From: a virus
Taxonomy: Duplodnaviria; Caudoviricetes
Strand: one strand, 5' to 3'
DNA: 64,000 nucleotides
Virus record (IMG/VR): IMGVR_UViG_2882837327_000001
Span: 1 to 64,000 of that record
The first letter of the stretch is position 1; each line of letters opens with the position of its first letter. The translations under genes were made by a program, and so were the position numbers. The notes below the pieces were generated by a model. That model worked only from the letters and a program-made list of their open reading frames with translations. It searched no databases and was not told the DNA's origin. This document shows, piece by piece, positions 25,246-35,069 of this stretch.

Positions 25246-27138
25246 TCACAGCTTCACCATGACGTTGAGGGCGATCGAGGGCTGGACGTTGGGGTGTGCC
25301 TCGTTCCCGCCGGCGGCGGCGATGGTGTGCCTGTGCGCTGGGGCCGCGCTGACCGTCGCCGTGTGGGCGTGCACCCCGCCGACAGAGACGGTGATGGAGT
25401 GGGTGTGCGCGCCGGCGTTGCCCAGGGTGATCTGATGGGCGTGCTTCCCGGCGGTGCTGGTGCGCGACCACTGATAGACATCGTAGTAGATGCCGCTGAC
25501 CGGGCTATAGTTCCAGTTGCGCGGCCCAATCAGGATGCCACCGCCGTGCATGTCATACATGCCCTCATGGCCATCGGTGTGCCAATGGTCGCCGTCCTGG
25601 CTGCAGGCTGCCGAGTGCACATGGGTGCCGGCGCTGCCGGTGGAAGCGTCGTGCGCATGCCCGCCGCCTTCCGAAACGGTGACGGTGTGGTCATGGGCGC
25701 CGGCGGCTCCTGTCTCGGCCCCGTGGTCGTGCTGCGGCATCTGGGCGTAGGTCAGCACATGGGTTTCGGTGCCGAAGGTGCTGCCCAGAGCGCGCGCGGT
25801 CAGGCCGGTGCCCTGCCCTGCCCCCACCACCGCGCGGCCGCGCATGTCGGGGAGGGTGATGCGCTTGCCGGCGGTGAAGTCGGCTGCCGCGCTGGCGCCG
25901 CGCCCGCCCACCACCGGGGCCTGGGCATCGGCCAGGTTGTTCCAGAGCAGAGTGAAGAGGTCGGCCGTATCCGCGTTGGCTCGGGCCGTGCCGCTGGAAG
26001 CGGCGTTGCCGATGGTGCCGCCGGTCAGCATCAGCCAGCCGGGATCCGCCGCGGCCTTCAGGGTTAGCTTGGTGTCGCCGGTGGTGTAGACCGCCTGCCC
26101 GGCCAGCAGGGCACGCACCCATTCGGTGGTGACGAGCTCGGTGTTGTTGGCCGAGGGGCTGGGGGTAACGGCGGTGCTGGTGCCGCGCAGCGCCACGCCT
26201 TCCAGCTCGGTCGGGCTGCCCGCCACGCTGCTGCCATCGGTCCAGATGAGGCGGCTGCGGCCGCTGGTGACGGCCACGCCCCCGCTCTGGCCGGCGGTTC
26301 GCACGGTGACGGTCTGGGTGCTGCCGTTCAGCAGGATCCAGTCGGCGGCTTCGCCCGGCAGGATGAGCGTGGTGGCGGCGCCAGGCGAGCCCGTCAGGGA
26401 GATGATGGGCCCGGTCAGTGCGGTATCAGCCGGGGTGATCGTGCCGCCGGCGGACACGTCGATCTCGGCGCGCCCCCTGCCCCACTGCCGCGCGAAGGCG
26501 GTGGTGGCGAGCTGGGTGGTGGCGGTGCCGGCCGGCGCCGTAGGCGCGGTAGGGGTGCCGGTCAGAGAGAGATTCCGGGCCTCGGTGGTGGTCGGCAGCA
26601 TGTCGGTGCCGTCGCACCAAACCTGCTGGGATTTTCCCTGAGCCAGCAGCACACCGCCACCGCCTGCCGCGCGGAAGGTGACGGTGAAGCCGCCCGTGGT
26701 GCGGTTGGTGACGGTCCAGCGCCCATTGGCAGCCGGCACGCTTACGGTTGCGTCGCCCGTGAGGTTGCCTGTCAGGATGATGGCGCTCTTGCCGGCCTCG
26801 ATCGCCGTCAGCGCGGTGTTGCCTGCGGCGATATTCTTCGTGGTCTGCCCGCGGATCAGACCCTGCACCCATTCGGTGGTGGCCAGGCGGCGCGTGCTGT
26901 CGCCGTCCGCCGGCGTGACCGCCATGGCCGAGCCGGTGAAGTCCGGGCTGTTCAGCGGAGCCTTGGTCGGCAGCGCCTCTTCCAGCGTATCCACATGAGC
27001 CTTGAGGTAGGCGGTGCGGTTGGCCAGGTTCAGGAGCGGCGTGTTCGACGGGCCTTCCGGGCCGCCCAGCACCGGGGTGGTGGTTTCAAGCTGGAAGACG
27101 CCGGGCGCCCAGACGGCAGTTTCGGTCAGGTTGCTCAT
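25246..27138 (-). CDS. Tail fibre with collar domain and HxH-repeat needle
   Basis: GDTK...GWLML...LPDMRGRAVVG collar; nine HxH motifs; NVQPSIALNVMVK end. Confidence 0.9.
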   Translation of the reverse strand: MSNLTETAVWAPGVFQLETTTPVLGGPEGPSNTPLLNLANRTAYLKAHVDTLEEALPTKAPLNSPDFTGSAMAVTPADGDSTRRLATTEWVQGLIRGQTTKNIAAGNTALTAIEAGKSAIILTGNLTGDATVSVPAANGRWTVTNRTTGGFTVTFRAAGGGGVLLAQGKSQQVWCDGTDMLPTTTEARNLSLTGTPTAPTAPAGTATTQLATTAFARQWGRGRAEIDVSAGGTITPADTALTGPIISLTGSPGAATTLILPGEAADWILLNGSTQTVTVRTAGQSGGVAVTSGRSRLIWTDGSSVAGSPTELEGVALRGTSTAVTPSPSANNTELVTTEWVRALLAGQAVYTTGDTKLTLKAAADPGWLMLTGGTIGNAASSGTARANADTADLFTLLWNNLADAQAPVVGGRGASAAADFTAGKRITLPDMRGRAVVGAGQGTGLTARALGSTFGTETHVLTYAQMPQHDHGAETGAAGAHDHTVTVSEGGGHAHDASTGSAGTHVHSAACSQDGDHWHTDGHEGMYDMHGGGILIGPRNWNYSPVSGIYYDVYQWSRTSTAGKHAHQITLGNAGAHTHSITVSVGGVHAHTATVSAAPAHRHTIAAAGGNEAHPNVQPSIALNVMVKL

Positions 27139-29669
27139 CGGGCGGCCTCCAACGCGGCCAGGCGCGCGGTCAAGGTGGCGATCTGCTGTTCGAGCTGCTG
27201 GATCCCCAGCACGGTGTAGGGGGCGAGCTCATCCGGCTTCAGCATGAGCGGCAGGGGCTTCCCATCCGCCCCCAGCGCCTCGATCACGGCTTCAGGCACG
27301 GAGCGGCGCAGGTTCTGGGCGATGAAGCCGGCCCGCTTGTGGATGCGATCCCCGGACAGGCGCTGCATGGCGATGCCGCGCTCATTGAAGCTGAAGGTGG
27401 AGATCTCGATGCCGCGCAAAACCGCCAGCGCATCGACCTCGGCGGGGCGAATGTTGTCCTTCAACTCCTCGTCCGAATAGGCCGAGGGATAGAAGATCAT
27501 GTTGGTGTCGTCCTGCTGGTGCACCAGCATGGAATACGTGCCACCCCAATCGCGACCGTCGATGTAGTTGAGGTTCGGCGAGTGGATCATCCACGTTTCG
27601 GAAGCCTCGTTAAGCCGCAGCTTCCAGTGCCCGGCATCATAGCGCCAGCAGATGGTGTCGTTGCTGCCCCAGGCCTTCAGCACGCCGGCGTCATTCGCGC
27701 CTGCCCCGCCCTTCAGCAGGGAGGCACGCACATTGCCGGCGGAGATGACATCACCGGGGACGATGAAGCTGCCATCGTTCTTGAAGTCCCAATTGTTTGA
27801 GCCCGCGAAGACGCGATACCCGAACCAGTTGCCCGGGACATGCACGGCCTGCGCACCAATGTCATTGCCGGTCGCAGCCTGGCCTGAATGGAAATCGTGG
27901 AAGTAGTTGCCCCCAGCTTCCCGTGCCGAAGAGTGGTAGATGCCCCAATCCGTGTGCTGAGACTGAATACGGCCGTTCATCCGCAGCCAGTTGGCGAGGG
28001 TAACGGTGCCGGTGCTCTCCGCGATGGAGATCGCTGTCAGCACCACGTTGGAGGCATTCTGCCGGAAGATGCGCAGGGCATTCGCATCGTCCACGTCGAT
28101 ATTCCAGGTGGAGGCCGACTGCCCCAGCACGGCCGTGTTGCCGGCGTAGCCCAGCACGAGCTGGCCACCCTCCGACCCGTTGCCACGCAGCACCAGGTTT
28201 CCTTGGGCAATCAGATCGTCCGAGAAGAAGAACCGGCCCCAGCTATGGATCTCACGGCCCTGACCGCTGACGGTCTGCGTGCCGACGATGTTCAGGCCGG
28301 AATCGAAGAGGCCGGCGGCGATCGTGCCATCATCGGCATCGAGCTGGTTGGCGTGCCCGAAGCGCAGGCGGGCGCCGGACGCAAATTGATGGCCGCCGGT
28401 GTAGCTGTCCCCGCCCTTCAGCGCCCGCAGTGCATCGGCGGTGTCCACATAGCCCTTGTTGGTGCCATGCACGGCGTTCGTCGGCGCGGTGGGCATGTCG
28501 AGCGTTGAGGTGAAGAACACCTTGCCGTTCGTCGGGTCGATGCGGAACGGGGCGTCCTGATAGACGCCGGCGGTGTAACGCTCGATCTGGAACCAACCAT
28601 CGGTATTCGGCATGCGCAGCGCCCAGCTATCGGTGCCATCGCGGCGCCCGATCAGGCCGGCCCTGGTGCTGCTTCCCCTGGAGTTGATGTAGATGGTGCC
28701 GTTGGAATTGGCGGTTCGCGGATCAATGCTCAGGTAGGCGTCGCCGCTGAGGGGTTCCACCGCGACATTACCGCCGTGGACCGTCAGGAAGTCACTGCGC
28801 CGGACGAACAGGGCCTCGCCGATCCAATCCCCAGCGTTGGAGAAGCCCCCCAGGCGGGCGTTCGAGCCGCCAGCATAGCCGCTCTCGGGGTCTTCGTCGC
28901 CGAGATCCCAGAGCCAGCGCGGCGAGGTGCCATTGCGGGCGGTGATGCGCGATGCCCGCCCAGAGCCGGAGCCGCCCTTATCCAGGAAGAGTTGGGCAGC
29001 GGCGCCGGTGGGGGCGAGCACACTGAAATTCGCCACACGCACATTCACGCTCTCGGGCGTGATCTCAACCGTGTCGTACTGCGTGCCGTCCGAGAATGTG
29101 CTGAGGAGGAGCCGCCCGCCGGTGCCGCTGCCGATGCGCTGCCCTCGGATCAGGCCGCGCATGACCTGGCCGGAGCCGTCGCCCGTGTAGAACCCGATTG
29201 CGATGTTGTCCCACGGCAGGTTGTCCGGGTTCCGGAGCGCCAGTGCCTGGGCATTGCCGGCCAGATCGAAGGTGATCGGCCCCGTCATGGTGCCGCCGGC
29301 GAGATCCAGCTTGTTGGCATCGCGCGGGTGCACATGGTCGGCGCGGGCGTAGCGGAGCGACGTGCCTGCAGCCGCCGTGCCGGGTGCGGCCGGCGTTACG
29401 GCGCTCGCCTGCCCCAGCACAAAGGCGGTGGTGGCGAGCTGGCTGGTGTTGGTGTCCTGGGCAGGCGTGGGCGCGATCGGGATCCCGGTGAACTGCGGAC
29501 TGGCAATGGCCGCGCGCAGCTCCACCTGGGCCTTCAGCCATGCGGTGCGATTGGCCAGGGTCTGAGCCTGGCTGTTCATCACGCCACCGGGACCGGCGAG
29601 CGCTTCCGTGTTGGTTTCGAGCTGGAACACGCCAGCGGCCCAGGTAGAGGTCTCGGTCAGGTATGCCAT
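27135..29669 (-). CDS. Tail fibre/spike with C-terminal S74 intramolecular chaperone
   Basis: SDEELKDNI...GFIAQ...IQQLEQQIATL S74 pattern; N-terminal anchor shared with the other fibre. Confidence 0.9.
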   Translation of the reverse strand: MAYLTETSTWAAGVFQLETNTEALAGPGGVMNSQAQTLANRTAWLKAQVELRAAIASPQFTGIPIAPTPAQDTNTSQLATTAFVLGQASAVTPAAPGTAAAGTSLRYARADHVHPRDANKLDLAGGTMTGPITFDLAGNAQALALRNPDNLPWDNIAIGFYTGDGSGQVMRGLIRGQRIGSGTGGRLLLSTFSDGTQYDTVEITPESVNVRVANFSVLAPTGAAAQLFLDKGGSGSGRASRITARNGTSPRWLWDLGDEDPESGYAGGSNARLGGFSNAGDWIGEALFVRRSDFLTVHGGNVAVEPLSGDAYLSIDPRTANSNGTIYINSRGSSTRAGLIGRRDGTDSWALRMPNTDGWFQIERYTAGVYQDAPFRIDPTNGKVFFTSTLDMPTAPTNAVHGTNKGYVDTADALRALKGGDSYTGGHQFASGARLRFGHANQLDADDGTIAAGLFDSGLNIVGTQTVSGQGREIHSWGRFFFSDDLIAQGNLVLRGNGSEGGQLVLGYAGNTAVLGQSASTWNIDVDDANALRIFRQNASNVVLTAISIAESTGTVTLANWLRMNGRIQSQHTDWGIYHSSAREAGGNYFHDFHSGQAATGNDIGAQAVHVPGNWFGYRVFAGSNNWDFKNDGSFIVPGDVISAGNVRASLLKGGAGANDAGVLKAWGSNDTICWRYDAGHWKLRLNEASETWMIHSPNLNYIDGRDWGGTYSMLVHQQDDTNMIFYPSAYSDEELKDNIRPAEVDALAVLRGIEISTFSFNERGIAMQRLSGDRIHKRAGFIAQNLRRSVPEAVIEALGADGKPLPLMLKPDELAPYTVLGIQQLEQQIATLTARLAALEAAR

Positions 29670-29682
29670 CGCCCGGCGTTCC

Positions 29683-30138
29683 TCAGTTGTAGGTGATGGT
29701 CCAGGTGCCGCTGAAGCTGAGATCCGAGGCCTTGACCAAGGCGCCCGTGCGCACCCGCCGCGCGAACAGCGTGTCGTTGTTGCAGATCAGCCCGAACTCG
29801 ATGATCGAGAGGCCATTGCCCTCGCCGGTGCCCAGCGTGAAGGCGAACTGCACGCTGTTCCACGCGGGATAGGTCACGCCCGACAGGGCCTTCTTGAAGG
29901 CGTTGGTCAGGCCGGAATTGCTGGCGTCAGCCGCGCCACTGCCTTCGCCGAAGCCGATTTGCGTGATCGAGCGGCCGACGACATCCCCGCCGATCAGCCG
30001 GGCCTGCTGCGTCCGCGCGCCGTTGACGATGATGTTGGGATGGTCATCCACCTCCACCAGCACGCCGCGGCGCCGCACTTCGAGGCGGAAATGGCCACGC
30101 GGGCCAGGAACGGGTTCGGAGAGGGCAAGGCTCGTCAT
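29683..30138 (-). CDS. Baseplate/tail-fibre attachment protein
   Basis: NIIVN, EFGL...LFARR...K motifs; position upstream of the fibres. Confidence 0.7.
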   Translation of the reverse strand: MTSLALSEPVPGPRGHFRLEVRRRGVLVEVDDHPNIIVNGARTQQARLIGGDVVGRSITQIGFGEGSGAADASNSGLTNAFKKALSGVTYPAWNSVQFAFTLGTGEGNGLSIIEFGLICNNDTLFARRVRTGALVKASDLSFSGTWTITYN

Positions 30139-30152
30139 GCCGGCAGGGTGCC

Positions 30153-30162
30153 GTCACGACAT
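30153..30162 (-). promoter_or_regulatory. Late-promoter motif, copy 2 (ATGTCGTGAC variant)
   Basis: Followed by GG-CACCCT; ATG 14 nt downstream (30138). Confidence 0.65.
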
Positions 30163-30180
30163 CCGCAAGGTGGCCGCCGT

Positions 30181-31293
30181 TCAGAGGCCTTCGTTCATGG
30201 TCAGGCCCGAGGAGAGCGGGCGGGTGCCGTTCAGCGTCCAGCTACCGTCAAGCGTGTGCGTGAAGGCGATCGCCAGGTCGCCAGCATCATCCGGCGCCAG
30301 GCTGTCATCGGCCAGGTTGGTTTCGAGGTTCGCGCCCATCGCGGAATCCGTCGCCTCGCTCGCCTCCGCCATGGGCAAACCGATGGTCATGCCGAGATCC
30401 GCGATACCACCAGGCTCGGCGGCGGGCCCTGCGGCAGCGTCCGCCATGCTACCGCCGGTGATGGCAACGCTGCGCAGGCTCGTGCCGGCCGCGCGCAGGC
30501 GCTTCGCCTGGGCGCTGATGGTGGCGATGAACTCGGTCAGACCGGTGCCGCCTTCCAGCGCGAAACCCGTCTCCACATCGAAGACGCCATGCAGGGCTTT
30601 CGCGTCGGCGTCGTGCTGGTAGGCGCCATCGTGGGTGATCGCGCCATCGTATAGCGGCACGGTCGGGCCATAGAGGGTGACATCGCGCACCGAGGTGGCC
30701 TGGCCGGTCGCACGCTCGATCACGGCGGCCATGGCTAGGTTGTTCGACTTCGGCTGGATGAGCTCGGCAATGATGCGCGCCCGGTAGTCCTCCACCGCCT
30801 CGCTGGGCAGGCGAGGGATGCCATATTGGTCGCCCAGCTCGACAAGCCAGATCTCGTCGGCCGAAGTCACCGAAAGCTGAACGCCGACGCTGGCGGCAAC
30901 TTCTGCGACGGCCGCCAGCTCGACGGCGTTGGCGTCTAGGTGCGCGAAGATCGGGTTGTCATAGGCCAGCAGCGTGCCGCCCGGCCGATCGGCGGGGGTA
31001 ACGGTCTCCTCGATGAGGCAGATGGCGCCGCGGTCGCGATGCTCCGGATGCAGGTCTTCGACGTTCCAGCCCAGGTCGGTGATGGCGGCGGCCAGGGTGC
31101 GCAGGGTATGGGCGCGGAGGTCCAGCACGCTGGCCACCGGCAGCGGGTCACTCAGCGGCTGAAGCGTGATCGAGGCCTCGGCGACGGTCCAGCTCCCGCC
31201 GTCCGGATGGCGGATGCGCATCGCCGCGATGGCGTCGGGGTCGCTGCTGGCCGCGCTGTAGAGGTTGGAGAGGAGCTTGCGGAGGAAGCGCAT
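30181..31293 (-). CDS. Baseplate wedge protein
   Basis: WLVELGDQYGIPRLPSE..EDYRARII..LIQPK motif. Confidence 0.75.
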   Translation of the reverse strand: MRFLRKLLSNLYSAASSDPDAIAAMRIRHPDGGSWTVAEASITLQPLSDPLPVASVLDLRAHTLRTLAAAITDLGWNVEDLHPEHRDRGAICLIEETVTPADRPGGTLLAYDNPIFAHLDANAVELAAVAEVAASVGVQLSVTSADEIWLVELGDQYGIPRLPSEAVEDYRARIIAELIQPKSNNLAMAAVIERATGQATSVRDVTLYGPTVPLYDGAITHDGAYQHDADAKALHGVFDVETGFALEGGTGLTEFIATISAQAKRLRAAGTSLRSVAITGGSMADAAAGPAAEPGGIADLGMTIGLPMAEASEATDSAMGANLETNLADDSLAPDDAGDLAIAFTHTLDGSWTLNGTRPLSSGLTMNEGL

Positions 31294-31295
31294 GG

Positions 31296-32420
31296 TCAGG
31301 TCACGGTGATGGCGCCAGGCGCCAGCTTCTCGTGGTTGGCAGGGACGATGTTCGCCGCCGGCTCCGAAAGGACGATATCGGTCACGCCCGCCACCGCCTT
31401 CGCCCGGGCAATGACTTCGCTGCGGTAGAAGGTCGCACCGACCGGCAGGGTGGAGAGGTAGGAGAAGATCACGCCGCTGACCGTCGCCTTGATGGCCGTG
31501 GCGTCATAGCCGGTGGCCACGACCAAGGCGGCATCGACATCCACCAGGGTGCGAGTGGCCTTCTTTACCGTGATGGGCACCCCGGCGGCCTTCCAGCCCG
31601 TCACCTTCTCGCCGGTGCTGGGGTCAATGTAGCCGTCGATGATTTGCTGGCAGCGAACCATGAGGGCGGATGAGGGATCACCCACCCGGTTCTCAATGTA
31701 GAGCCAGGCCTGCCCGGGGGCATAGGTGATGGGGTCCACCTCCCACGGATTGACGACGCGGGCGCTGGTGACGCGCTCGATGACCGTGCCGCTGGCGTCC
31801 TTCACATTGGCCAGGGTGGCGGCATATTCCACGGCGCGATCGGTGCTGCGTTCCAGGCTGGCGATATACTGCTGGAAGCGGGCCTTGCGCTGGTCAGGGG
31901 TCTCGCCATCGTCACCGCCGGACAGGCCCCCAGGCGCAGCGGCTGACACGAAGGCGAGCGGCTGGGGGGTCAGGGTGAAGGTGGTGCCGCCCACCACATT
32001 GCCGGCGCTGCCCGTGCTGGTGGCGCTGACCGCCACATCCACGAAGCTGGCGGTGGCGGCAATGATGGTGTCGGCCGTGCTGACATACTGCACGGTGCCG
32101 CTGCCCACCGGGGAGAACACGCTGCCCGCCGGGATGAGGGTGTCGGTGGAAATCGGGGTGATGCTGACGCGGATGAGGCCGCCGGCGCCGGAAGCTGCCA
32201 GCGGCTCGAAGCGGAAGGTGCGATAGGTTGCGACCGGGATGGCCTCGCGGATCCCCACGAACATCATCTGGTAGAGCTGGTCGATCTCCTGAGCGACGGC
32301 TTCCAACATGCTGCGCACGATGCTGCCGATCTCGAAATCGGTCACGCGGCGCTGCGCGGCCCGCATCCAATTGAGCATGGAAGCCGTGATGGAGGCGAAA
32401 TCTTTGATCTGGAATGCCAT
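31296..32420 (-). CDS. Baseplate J-like protein
   Basis: FQIKDFASI..SM...TDF.IGS..RS.LEAVA; GGDDGETPDQRKARF. Confidence 0.9.
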   Translation of the reverse strand: MAFQIKDFASITASMLNWMRAAQRRVTDFEIGSIVRSMLEAVAQEIDQLYQMMFVGIREAIPVATYRTFRFEPLAASGAGGLIRVSITPISTDTLIPAGSVFSPVGSGTVQYVSTADTIIAATASFVDVAVSATSTGSAGNVVGGTTFTLTPQPLAFVSAAAPGGLSGGDDGETPDQRKARFQQYIASLERSTDRAVEYAATLANVKDASGTVIERVTSARVVNPWEVDPITYAPGQAWLYIENRVGDPSSALMVRCQQIIDGYIDPSTGEKVTGWKAAGVPITVKKATRTLVDVDAALVVATGYDATAIKATVSGVIFSYLSTLPVGATFYRSEVIARAKAVAGVTDIVLSEPAANIVPANHEKLAPGAITVT

Positions 32421-32422
32421 GG

Positions 32423-33058
32423 TCAGGCCTCCGCGCTGATGGTGGTGACGGCGGCGGAGCCGATGGGGGTCACGCTGGCCTCGATCGGGGCGCGGTGGCC
32501 GGCGGCGCTGACCACGACACGACCGACCTCCTGCACGCGGGGATCCTGCAGAAGGGCCCGGCGCACCGCGCGGCCGGCCAGCGCGGCGCCGGTTGGGCCG
32601 TTCACTGAGCCGATGATGGAGCGCACCGCGCACCCGTAGCTGGGATGGAAGGGCAGCTCGCCGAGCTCGATGCTCAGGCGGCGAGCGAGCGAGGCCTTGA
32701 AGTTTTCCATCCCGCTGACCGTGCCATAGTCGCCGTTCTCGACGGTCAGGCGGCCGGCCACCAGCGCCAGATCGGTCAGGAACACCTCTTCCGGGTCGGT
32801 CTGCGCGTCGGCTGTGGCGCTGGCAGCGAACACCCGGATGGAGGCGCCGTAGGCCAGCACCCGCCCGCCGCTCGCCGTCACCTCGGCCGGATCGCCCGAC
32901 AGGTATGGCGGCACCAGGTCGTTCAGGCTGGCCAGGTCCGCCCAGCGCGAGGCGCTGCCCAGGTGGCGCAGAGCAAGCGCCTGCAGGGTGTCGCCGTGGC
33001 GGATGGCCACGAAGCGCCAACCGGCGGCATAGCGGGTGGTGGAATAGCTCCCGCTCAT
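32423..33058 (-). CDS. LysM plus gp25/GPW-like baseplate protein
   Basis: GDTLQALALRHLGSASRW LysM; GELPFHPSYG...LLQDPRV gp25-like. Confidence 0.85.
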   Translation of the reverse strand: MSGSYSTTRYAAGWRFVAIRHGDTLQALALRHLGSASRWADLASLNDLVPPYLSGDPAEVTASGGRVLAYGASIRVFAASATADAQTDPEEVFLTDLALVAGRLTVENGDYGTVSGMENFKASLARRLSIELGELPFHPSYGCAVRSIIGSVNGPTGAALAGRAVRRALLQDPRVQEVGRVVVSAAGHRAPIEASVTPIGSAAVTTISAEA

Positions 33059-34275
33059 GCTGCCTCGCTGGCGATGCTCGCCCCGTCCTGCACATCGGTA
33101 AGGGCGTCTTCGAGCTGGTTGTCGTTCAGCGGGTGCAGCACCGGATCCGAACTGGCGAGGGTGATGATGCCGGCGCGAGCGGCAGGGCTCAGCGAGATCC
33201 CGAGCGTCGAAGCCTCTGGGTTGGAGAGGCTTTCCCAGGCGCTGCTGGTGGTGAAGATGCTGGCCGGCCGGCCACCGCTGATGGAGGAACAGCCGGAGGC
33301 CCCGTAGAACCCGGCATAATCCCCATAGGCCAGGCGCGTGGAGCGGGCGCGAAGCAGCCAGCACAGCAGGTTGCTGAAGGCGCTGGCGGTGGCCATGACA
33401 TCGTTCCTGATGGCCATGGGGAGGCTGACCACGGCGCCGATGGTGTGGAAGAGGTTCACCCCTGCCTGCGCCAGCATGGTCGGCACCGCCAGAACGGACG
33501 CCACCAGGTTGCGCACGCTGCGCACCACGCCCACCACCGCGGTGAACACCCGGTTCGCGAGGTTCAAGAAGTTGCGCACGGGCGCGATGAGGTTGGTCTG
33601 CACCCATGCGCTGGCGCGTGTGATCGCGGATCGCACCGCGCTGATGGACTGCACCACGGAGCTGAAGAAGCCGCCCTCCTCGCCTGGCGTCTTCGTGGCG
33701 TCGCCGCCCTGCAGGAACTGGATCTGCCCGGCGTTCTGGTCCACCACGGTCAGGTTGAGCTGATACTGGATCAGCAGCGGCCGCGACTTCGAGCGGCGGA
33801 GCGTCAGCGTCATCGGCGCCACCTCCACCACGAAATCCGACAGGGCATCGGTGTAGATCAGCTTGACGGTGGAGGGGTCGCGGCCCTCCTGGACGGCCTG
33901 CTTGCGCAAGCTCGCCCAGCGGTTCCACACCTGGTCGCGAAGCGCCACCCACCGCTCTTCGCCGTTGCCGTCGCTGCCGCCGCGCCAGCCGGTGTGGCCT
34001 GCGATGTTGATGACGGGCAGCCCCTGACCGAAGCTATCCACGAAGGCGCCGCCGAGCGTGTGGTGCACGGTGGTGCGCATCTGGTCGGTGCGGGTCATAT
34101 CCTCGGGCCGCAGGCCCAGGGTCACGCTGCTGACGATCGCGCCATTGTCTTCAAGGGTGAAGCCGATGGGGCGGTTCTTCTGCGAAGGCGGTGGGCCGGC
34201 ATAGCCAAGCGCACCGGAGACCGCCCCGATGGCGCTGCTTACGCTATTGGCCGCATCTGAGAGGGATCCCGACAT
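33055..34275 (-). CDS. Tail tube initiator-like/baseplate protein
   Basis: PEDMTRT...TLGGAFVDSFGQG..INIAGHTG motif; position. Confidence 0.7.
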   Translation of the reverse strand: MSGSLSDAANSVSSAIGAVSGALGYAGPPPSQKNRPIGFTLEDNGAIVSSVTLGLRPEDMTRTDQMRTTVHHTLGGAFVDSFGQGLPVINIAGHTGWRGGSDGNGEERWVALRDQVWNRWASLRKQAVQEGRDPSTVKLIYTDALSDFVVEVAPMTLTLRRSKSRPLLIQYQLNLTVVDQNAGQIQFLQGGDATKTPGEEGGFFSSVVQSISAVRSAITRASAWVQTNLIAPVRNFLNLANRVFTAVVGVVRSVRNLVASVLAVPTMLAQAGVNLFHTIGAVVSLPMAIRNDVMATASAFSNLLCWLLRARSTRLAYGDYAGFYGASGCSSISGGRPASIFTTSSAWESLSNPEASTLGISLSPAARAGIITLASSDPVLHPLNDNQLEDALTDVQDGASIASEAA

Positions 34276-34625
34276 ACCGCCAGGGTGGCGTCACGACGCG
34301 CCAGGGGGTTCACCCCAGCAGGGATCGGGCTCTGCCGCCGCCCGCGGCTGGCGGCTATGAAGGCTTCCAGGTCGCGGGCAGTCGCGTGGAAGGTGGCGAG
34401 CTCGACATCTGAGAGCCCCGTGGATTCCTGGTCCAGGCCTTCAAGCGCGCGGCGGAACCGTGCGGCGATGCCCTGGACGGTGGTGGCCGGGGTCTCCACG
34501 ATCCGGCATTCCAGCTCTATCAGCTCGTCGGCACTCAGGTGCGGTGCCCCTTCGGCTTGCTCTTGGTCCATGGCAAGCAGCGCGAGAACCGGATCTGCAA
34601 CGCAGTCGGCGGCGGTCAGGCTCAT
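34239..34625 (-). CDS. Moron, hypothetical protein
   Basis: Start MSLTAAD; PATTVQGIAAR motif; flanked by a lower-GC intergenic region. Confidence 0.55.
   Translation of the reverse strand: MSLTAADCVADPVLALLAMDQEQAEGAPHLSADELIELECRIVETPATTVQGIAARFRRALEGLDQESTGLSDVELATFHATARDLEAFIAASRGRRQSPIPAGVNPLARRDATLAVCRDPSQMRPIA
34290..34299 (-). promoter_or_regulatory. Late-promoter motif, copy 3
   Basis: Followed by GC-CACCCT; ATG 14 nt downstream (34275). Confidence 0.7.
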
Positions 34626-34770
34626 AAGGGAATGTCCCCTCGGGGGCGGGGTTCGGAGGCGGGAAAGCAATATCATTTTCTCGAACTCGGACTCGGCTGG
34701 GGGGATGAACATTTCTTCTTGGGGCGGCGCAACCAGTGGTTGTTTCCGGCTTCACCTCCCATTCATCTAG

Positions 34771-34789
34771 ATGGCGGCATTTCCTCCAT
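34771..34789. promoter_or_regulatory. Operator-like palindrome inside the tail module
   Basis: ATGGCGG-CATTT-CCTCCAT; 18 of 20 identical (34770-34789) to 15219-15238. Confidence 0.55.
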
Positions 34790-35069
34790 TCGGTCTAGCG
34801 TCACTCACGGTTTCGCCAGGAACATTACAACAGAATCATTTTATGGATTGCCAGACAATGCATTGCGCCACTACGGAGAACGGCGCTTCGCTAGGCTTGG
34901 CTCCACGTCTATCATTCGTTTGCGCTACGCCCCTTAAATGACATCCTCGTAATTACTCATTTCCTCCGCGCATTCAGGCGTTGGCATTCAATTCTGCGTT
35001 GCATCGCTGTCACCTTGGGCTTGCTGGCCCGCCGTGATTTCCAGCATTATGCGTCCACGCTCGGGAGTG

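Noticed and set aside
25246-29669. Invertible tail-fibre cassette or diversity-generating retroelement
   Set aside because: No invertase, inverted crossover sites, reverse transcriptase or TR/VR repeat pair seen
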